Source: Phycisphaeraceae bacterium (GTDB lineage Bacteria; Planctomycetota; Phycisphaerae; Phycisphaerales; Phycisphaeraceae). Taken from it: DNA of 64,000 nt. The stretch is from positions 3,808,001 to 3,872,000 of the forward strand of contig OY771506.1 of assembly GCA_963674705.1 (NCBI GenBank), read 5' to 3'. A program made the position numbers and the translations under genes. Below are positions 58,614 to 64,000 of this stretch, one piece after another. The notes below the pieces were generated by a model. The model saw only the letters and a list, made by a program, of their open reading frames with translations, made no database searches and was not told the DNA's origin. The stretch's first letter is position 1. Each line of letters begins with the position of its first letter.

Positions 58614-60725
58614 ATGAAGTGTTCTGGGATCATCGGTTTTCTGCTTCTTGTATGCGTCACGTGTCTGGCTCAAGCCTCTGAGCCGATCTCACTCAACAGC
58701 CTGCTTGAAGAGATGGTGGACCGCGACTCGATCGCTCGCTGGCCTGAGCCTGCGTATACGTGCAAGCAGTTCAGCAGTTACGATCGGCAGACGGTGTCGC
58801 CGGATCAGCCGGGCTGGTTCGCCAACTGGGACCGCAGCCAGTTCGTGCGGATCGAGGAGGTGGATGGGCGCAAAGAATACGTGATGATGGATGCCGAGGG
58901 GCCCGGCGCGGTGGTGCGTATCTGGGCGACGTGGCACGGGCCGAGGGGGCAGCCATTTTCCAACGGTACGATCCGCTTCTACCTGGACGGCAGCGATACA
59001 CCAGCGATCGAGGGGCCGATCACGGAGGTGATCGACTGCGGCGGACTGGTCGGGCCGCCGCTATGTGAAGGCGTTGCTGCGGAAACACCGTACGGCCAAC
59101 GTGGACACAACCTCTACCTGCCGATCCCCTACGCCAAACACTGCAAGATCACCTATTCGACGGATGTGCCTGTGGATGTCGGCGGGAGGACGGGCGAGGC
59201 GCTGTACTACCAGATCAACTACCGCACGTATGAACAGGGGACGGAGGTAAAGTCGTTTTCGATGGCGCAGTTGGCGGCGCATAAAGAAGCGATCGATCAA
59301 TTGCAGTTCATGTTGAAGACGCCTGAGTATCGAGAGCAGGTACCCGAGATCGAAGTAAAGGCGGGGCACCGTGAGATACGGGGAGGCGTCCAGCAATCTT
59401 TGTCCTTTACGGGGCCCGCGGCGATCCATCAGATCAAGTTTCATCTGACAGCAAAGAACATGGAGCAGGCGCTGCGCTCAACGCTTGTCGAGATATCGTT
59501 TGATGGTGAACCTGCTGTCGTATGCCCGATAGGCGACTTTTTCGGGATCGGTTACCAGATGAGGGAAGTGAAGACTTGGTATACGAAAGTCGATGCGGGC
59601 GGGACGATGACAAGCCTGTGGGTGATGCCGTTCAAAGAACGGTGTGATATCAGTTTCACGAGCTTGATGGGTGAGCGCCGTAGTCCAGAAGAAGTTGCGG
59701 TCTGGTACGAGATACGCACCAAGCCTTGGGACTGGGATGATAACTCGATGCACTTCCACGCAGCGTGGCGGCTGTATCCGGAGGTGGATACGGGCGAACA
59801 GAACAACCTGCAGGAGCAGCCCGGGGCACGGGATATGAACTTCGTCGAAGTAACGGGTGAGGGTGTGTATGTCGGGGATTCGCTGGTGATTTTCAACGGC
59901 ACGGACAGTTGGTGGGGCGAGGGGGATGAGAAGATTTATGTGGATGGCGAAACGTTTCCCTCGCATATCGGGACGGGAACGGAGGATTACTACGGCTATG
60001 CGTGGTGTCGATCGGAAGCGTTCAGCTCGCCGTTCCATGCTCAGCCGGAGGGTGGGGGGAACATGCAGCCGGGGTATTCCGTGAACAGCCGGTATCGGGC
60101 GCTCGACGCGATCCCGTTTACCAAGTCGATCAAGTTCGACATGGAGCTGTGGCATTGGGGCGTGACGAAGGTGGATTATTCGCCGACCACGATCTGGTAT
60201 GCAAAGCCAGGTGCGACTTCCAATATCAAGCCGGAAATCGAAAACGCTGGAAGAGAGGTCACGCTGCGTCGTGAGCAGATTGTCAAACCCTTGAAGGTGC
60301 CCGGCGCGATTGAAGGCGAGTCGATGCAGGTTGTGCAAGCCACCGCAGGTCGGGCAAACACGCAGAGCGGGATGCACTTCAACTGGAGCGGGGACGGGCA
60401 GCTTTGGTGGATGGATGCAAATGTCGGCGACAAGCTGGAAGTGACATTCGATGTCGAACAAGCGGGTCGATACGACGTATTGGCAAGGCTGACCACCGCC
60501 AATGATTACGGCATCGTCAGGATCAGCATCAACGGCAAAACCATCGACCCGATCGACCTGTACGCAACACGTGTCACGAATACAACCCACGAGCTAGGCA
60601 CGTTCGATCTGAAGCAGGGGCCCAACACGATGGTCGTCGAGATCATCGGCATGAACAGCGAATCAACCAACCCCCGCCACGGATTCGGACTGGATTACCT
60701 GCTGCTGACGCAGAAGACGCGGTGA
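58614..60725 (+). CDS. Secreted DUF2961 (GH172-like) protein with C-terminal carbohydrate-binding-like domain
   Basis: Signal peptide, SSYDR, GPGAVVRIW, GDFFG, WWGEGDEKIYVDGE, GTGTEDYY; GGGAGG RBS before ATG 58614. Confidence 0.85.
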   Translation: MKCSGIIGFLLLVCVTCLAQASEPISLNSLLEEMVDRDSIARWPEPAYTCKQFSSYDRQTVSPDQPGWFANWDRSQFVRIEEVDGRKEYVMMDAEGPGAVVRIWATWHGPRGQPFSNGTIRFYLDGSDTPAIEGPITEVIDCGGLVGPPLCEGVAAETPYGQRGHNLYLPIPYAKHCKITYSTDVPVDVGGRTGEALYYQINYRTYEQGTEVKSFSMAQLAAHKEAIDQLQFMLKTPEYREQVPEIEVKAGHREIRGGVQQSLSFTGPAAIHQIKFHLTAKNMEQALRSTLVEISFDGEPAVVCPIGDFFGIGYQMREVKTWYTKVDAGGTMTSLWVMPFKERCDISFTSLMGERRSPEEVAVWYEIRTKPWDWDDNSMHFHAAWRLYPEVDTGEQNNLQEQPGARDMNFVEVTGEGVYVGDSLVIFNGTDSWWGEGDEKIYVDGETFPSHIGTGTEDYYGYAWCRSEAFSSPFHAQPEGGGNMQPGYSVNSRYRALDAIPFTKSIKFDMELWHWGVTKVDYSPTTIWYAKPGATSNIKPEIENAGREVTLRREQIVKPLKVPGAIEGESMQVVQATAGRANTQSGMHFNWSGDGQLWWMDANVGDKLEVTFDVEQAGRYDVLARLTTANDYGIVRISINGKTIDPIDLYATRVTNTTHELGTFDLKQGPNTMVVEIIGMNSESTNPRHGFGLDYLLLTQKTR

Positions 60726-60797
60726 GGGGTAAAGATAAACACAAGATCACTACCCCGGCCTAACCGGGGGATGCAATCTGGATAATGAGGGGGAAAA

Positions 60798-60870
60798 TGG
60801 AGCTAGCCGGGCTCGAACCGGCGACCTACGCGTTGCAAACGCGTCGCTCTCCCAACTGAGCTATAGCCCC
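60798..60870 (-). tRNA. tRNA-Ala(TGC), CCA not encoded
   Basis: GGGGCTATAGCTCAGTTGGGAGAGC, anticodon arm ACGCG-TT-TGC-AA-CGCGT, G3:U70 pair, GTTCGAG. Confidence 0.97.
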
Positions 60871-61091
60871 TTGAGCTAACAATGTCGGCTATCCAAGGCT
60901 GGGGACTTCAACCCGTGGCCGGATAACCTGATTACGCAGCGAATCATATCGGCTAGAGGATACCCCGGCAAGGCTGTGGCCGAGGAATCGTGATTTGATG
61001 CATGTCTGATGCAATACCGGAATTACACCCGTGGCAATCCTGATATCGTATGCGGGATGGTTTTCAAAATTCAGCATCTGAAGGGTGTTCT

Positions 61092-62825
61092 ATGATCTGT
61101 AAAAAAAACAATACCTGGGTCATGGGTCTGATTGTGTTGGGATTGTGTTTGCCTTTTCTGACTGTAGGAAAGGCTATAGCTCAGGCGTCGGGCAAAGTTG
61201 TGTCAGTGCGGGCCGATCAGGGGATGGTTGTTTCCCAGACGCCGCATGGCAGCGAGGCGGGGCGGGTGATTCTTGAGAAGGGCGGGAACGCTGTGGACGC
61301 GGCGGTGGCGACGGCGCTGGCGCTGGCGGTGACGTGGCCCGAGGCGGGGAACATCGGCGGGGGCGGGTTCATGATGATCGATCCGGGTGATGGCCGCGAT
61401 GTCGTGTGCGTCGACTACCGTGAAGTCGCGCCGCTGGCATCTACAGAAGATATGTATGTCAAAGACGGCAATCGGCATAACTACAAGGCCGTCGGCGTGC
61501 CGGGGACGGTCGCGGGACTATATCTAGCACACGAAAAGTACGGCAAGCTGCCTTGGAAAGACGTTGTGATGCCGGCGGTTGAGCTTGCGCGTGATGGATT
61601 TGTGTTGACTTCGTGGGAAGCGCATTCACTGAATAGCGGTGTCAAGAAACTCGATGATGTTGATAAAGCCTTGGCGCTAAACCTGCGAAAAGCCTACGGC
61701 AAGCCGGATGGGACAAACTGGCAGGAAGGCGATCGTATGGTGCTGCCCGATCTTGCCAAGACATTGCAGGCGATCGCAGACCACGGTGCGGATGGCTTCT
61801 ACAAAGGCGCGGTTGCCGAGTTGATCGATAAAGATATGAAGCGCCACAAAGGGCTGATCACCAGGGAAGACCTCGCCAAATACAGAGCAGTGATCCGCAA
61901 GCCGATCCACGGCACGTTCCAGGGTTACGACATCTACGGCGCACCGCCCCCGAGCTCGGGCGGCATCACGCTCTTGATCGAACTGAATATCCTTGAACAA
62001 TTAGAACTCGATCCCGCTCAAGGCTATTCAGCGGAGAACCTGCACAAGATCGTCGAAGCGATGCGGCGGGCTTACCGTGAACGCGCTGCACACCTGGGTG
62101 ATCCGGACTTCGCCGACATCCCCGATTACCTGACATCGAAAGACTATGCCAGGGGTTTGGCGACGACGTTCAATCCGCAAAAGGCAACGGACAGCGAAGC
62201 CTTGCTCGGGGATATCAAGTTCAGCCGAAAGGGTAAGGACACCACGCACTTTTCCGTGATCGATAAGGACGGGATGGCTGTGTCGAACACCTACACCATC
62301 GAGCAGTCGTGGGGCTCACGCATGGTCATCGAGGGCGCGGGGTTCGTACTGAATAACGAGATGGGTGACTTCAACTGGTTTGTCGATGGCACGAACGATC
62401 AAGGCAGCATCGGTACGGCCGCAAACCTGATCCGCCCTGGCAAACGCATGCTCAGCTCGCAGTGCCCCGTCATTCTCAAACGCGATGGGAAAGTAGTGCT
62501 GTTGACCGGCAGCCCTGGCGGACGAACGATCATCAACACCGTGCTCTGCGTCATCCTGAACACGTGCGCATTTGATATGCCGCTCGATGAAGCGATCGAT
62601 GCGCCGCGTTTGCATCATCAGTGGTTCCCCGATGTCATACGCCACGAAGCGCGCGGCGAATTCGATGGGGCAAAAGTGTGGGACGAACTCAAAGCGATGG
62701 GTCACGAGGTTCAGCCGTTTGAGTGGGCACAGGGTTCAGCCCATTCGATCGCGGTCACCGAAGGCCCCGGCCGATACATCGGCGTCGCGGACGATCGGCG
62801 AGGCGGTAAGGCGGAGGGGTATTAG
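61092..62825 (+). CDS. ggt: Gamma-glutamyltransferase
   Basis: GGNAVDAAVA, GGGGFM, DYRE, PPPSSGG, nucleophile TTHFS, LNNEMGDF, PGKRMLSS, GSPGG. Confidence 0.95.
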   Translation: MICKKNNTWVMGLIVLGLCLPFLTVGKAIAQASGKVVSVRADQGMVVSQTPHGSEAGRVILEKGGNAVDAAVATALALAVTWPEAGNIGGGGFMMIDPGDGRDVVCVDYREVAPLASTEDMYVKDGNRHNYKAVGVPGTVAGLYLAHEKYGKLPWKDVVMPAVELARDGFVLTSWEAHSLNSGVKKLDDVDKALALNLRKAYGKPDGTNWQEGDRMVLPDLAKTLQAIADHGADGFYKGAVAELIDKDMKRHKGLITREDLAKYRAVIRKPIHGTFQGYDIYGAPPPSSGGITLLIELNILEQLELDPAQGYSAENLHKIVEAMRRAYRERAAHLGDPDFADIPDYLTSKDYARGLATTFNPQKATDSEALLGDIKFSRKGKDTTHFSVIDKDGMAVSNTYTIEQSWGSRMVIEGAGFVLNNEMGDFNWFVDGTNDQGSIGTAANLIRPGKRMLSSQCPVILKRDGKVVLLTGSPGGRTIINTVLCVILNTCAFDMPLDEAIDAPRLHHQWFPDVIRHEARGEFDGAKVWDELKAMGHEVQPFEWAQGSAHSIAVTEGPGRYIGVADDRRGGKAEGY

Positions 62826-63742
62826 TAATCGTAGTAATAATCACTCTGCGATTGTGTGCGTTGCCAGGCTTCGTACCCGGCGAGGCTTGTCGCACCGGCC
62901 AGCATCAGGCCACAGAGGATGACGCTGATCGCCAGACGCACTTTGCCGGACCTGCTTTTTATAAACGGCAGGTAAACAACCCATACGGCAAGTGGTGTTA
63001 ACACCAGTAAGCCCGCGACGATGTAGGGTGACATATCGTTCTGCATCGTCCAGCCGAACTGCCAGTTGTAGATCAGCCAGGCAAAGCTCAGTGGGATGAT
63101 GAAGTCGATCAGGATAAGCGAGGTTTGTTTGTCGCTTTGATTCAGGCATAAACCCAACCATGCGCCTGCGATGACGAGCGCGAAGCCGGCGGCGAATTGA
63201 CCGCCTGTCAGGTAACCTGACATGATCGTGATAGCGCCCGCAAAACCACAAGACAGGTCCAGCGCAAACACCGCCAGTCTGCCGAAACCTTTGCGTGCCA
63301 GAATATGCATCGCGATCCAGACGATCAGGATCGCAAGCGCAAAAGCAATCCACCAGTAAACGGCTGTGGATTGACTCCATGTATATGGGATCAGGCTGCG
63401 AGTCAGCAACGGGCCGATGCCGCAGGCAACGATCAGACGCAGTAGCCACCTGACAATAGTGGGGATCTGTTCAACGGAACCGATCAATGCGATAACCACT
63501 GCCGTCGGAAGCACGACCATGACGATCCAGTGCTCGCCTTGGATCGGCTGCCATGGCGGTAAACCCGTAAGCGACAGCGCACTGATCAATGTCGCCGCCC
63601 CAAGACACTTCAATATCTTGAGGGGTTTGAGGATCCCGGCCAGCGCGGGCGTGTTTGCGGAAGATGCCAGCAGCCAGATACAAGTAAAAGAGGCCGCAGT
63701 CGGTAAAAACAACCCGAGCAGCAGCCATAATGGATCGATCAC
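62822..63742 (-). CDS. Hypothetical polytopic membrane protein
   Basis: Many hydrophobic segments; start overlaps the stop of the upstream YceI gene. Confidence 0.7.
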   Translation of the reverse strand: MIDPLWLLLGLFLPTAASFTCIWLLASSANTPALAGILKPLKILKCLGAATLISALSLTGLPPWQPIQGEHWIVMVVLPTAVVIALIGSVEQIPTIVRWLLRLIVACGIGPLLTRSLIPYTWSQSTAVYWWIAFALAILIVWIAMHILARKGFGRLAVFALDLSCGFAGAITIMSGYLTGGQFAAGFALVIAGAWLGLCLNQSDKQTSLILIDFIIPLSFAWLIYNWQFGWTMQNDMSPYIVAGLLVLTPLAVWVVYLPFIKSRSGKVRLAISVILCGLMLAGATSLAGYEAWQRTQSQSDYYYDY

Positions 63743-63999
63743 TGGCGTATGGCCTCGATGCTGATGGTCAAGGTCACTTCATCACCGACCGGGCCGATCA
63801 TCTGGTCCATGCCGAAGTCGCTGCGCTTGATGGTAAAGGTGGTTTCCAGGCCGATGCGGTGGCTGCCGCGTTGGTCTTCACCTTCGCCGATCTTGTTCAT
63901 CTGGACGGTCAGAGGCTTGGTAACGCCGTGCAGCGTCAGTTCACCCTTCAGTTCCATGCCGTTGTCGTTGGGCGTGATCGAACTGCCTTTGAAGTTGAT
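63739..63999 (-). CDS. YceI family protein (5'-partial)
   Basis: GELTLHGVTKP, IKRSDFGM, VGDEV; frame open to the window end. Confidence 0.85.
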   Translation of the reverse strand: MNFKGSSITPNDNGMELKGELTLHGVTKPLTVQMNKIGEGEDQRGSHRIGLETTFTIKRSDFGMDQMIGPVGDEVTLTISIEAIRQ

Positions 64000-64000
64000 G

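Noticed and set aside
60726..61090. rRNA operon spacer around tRNA-Ala(TGC)
   Set aside because: No rRNA or tRNA-Ile sequence adjacent; both flanks are protein-coding genes

Overview
Gene-dense bacterial chromosome segment, most consistent with a planctomycete of class Phycisphaerae (inferred from PEP-CTERM proteins with GDLNGDGFVGLDDLD dockerin-like tails, CxxCxYxLRG zinc-ribbon membrane proteins and the intergenic repeat families). 1-10.2 kb: part of an anaerobic-type purine/urate catabolic cluster (ssnA, arcC, ygeW, ygeY, Se-dependent-type xanthine dehydrogenase, mocA). 10.4-19.0 kb: a tight seven-gene minus-strand operon (SucC-like, SucD-like, citryl-CoA lyase-like, degenerate HD protein, fused Lys4-type homoaconitase, homoisocitrate-DH-like enzyme with an NADP-type motif, PrpD) that looks like a self-contained, uncharacterised CoA-dependent (homo)citrate pathway; this is the strongest candidate for an undescribed system. 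The rest holds housekeeping and accessory genes (tkt, sialidase, cysteine synthase-like, halogenase, cheB, pabB, pfkA, ABC ATPases, two PEP-CTERM proteins, PilZ, cimA, ctaA/ctaB, miaB, GH130, PMI, ispG, clpS, GH172, ggt) and two tRNAs (Arg-TCG, Ala-TGC). Also seen: an Ile-rich leader peptide attenuator upstream of cimA that is missing from the ORF track, a candidate ~140-nt structured RNA, several apparent leaderless promoters and many REP-like palindromes. No CRISPR array, transposase, integrase or phage gene was recognised. All product calls come from motifs read by eye, with no database search.
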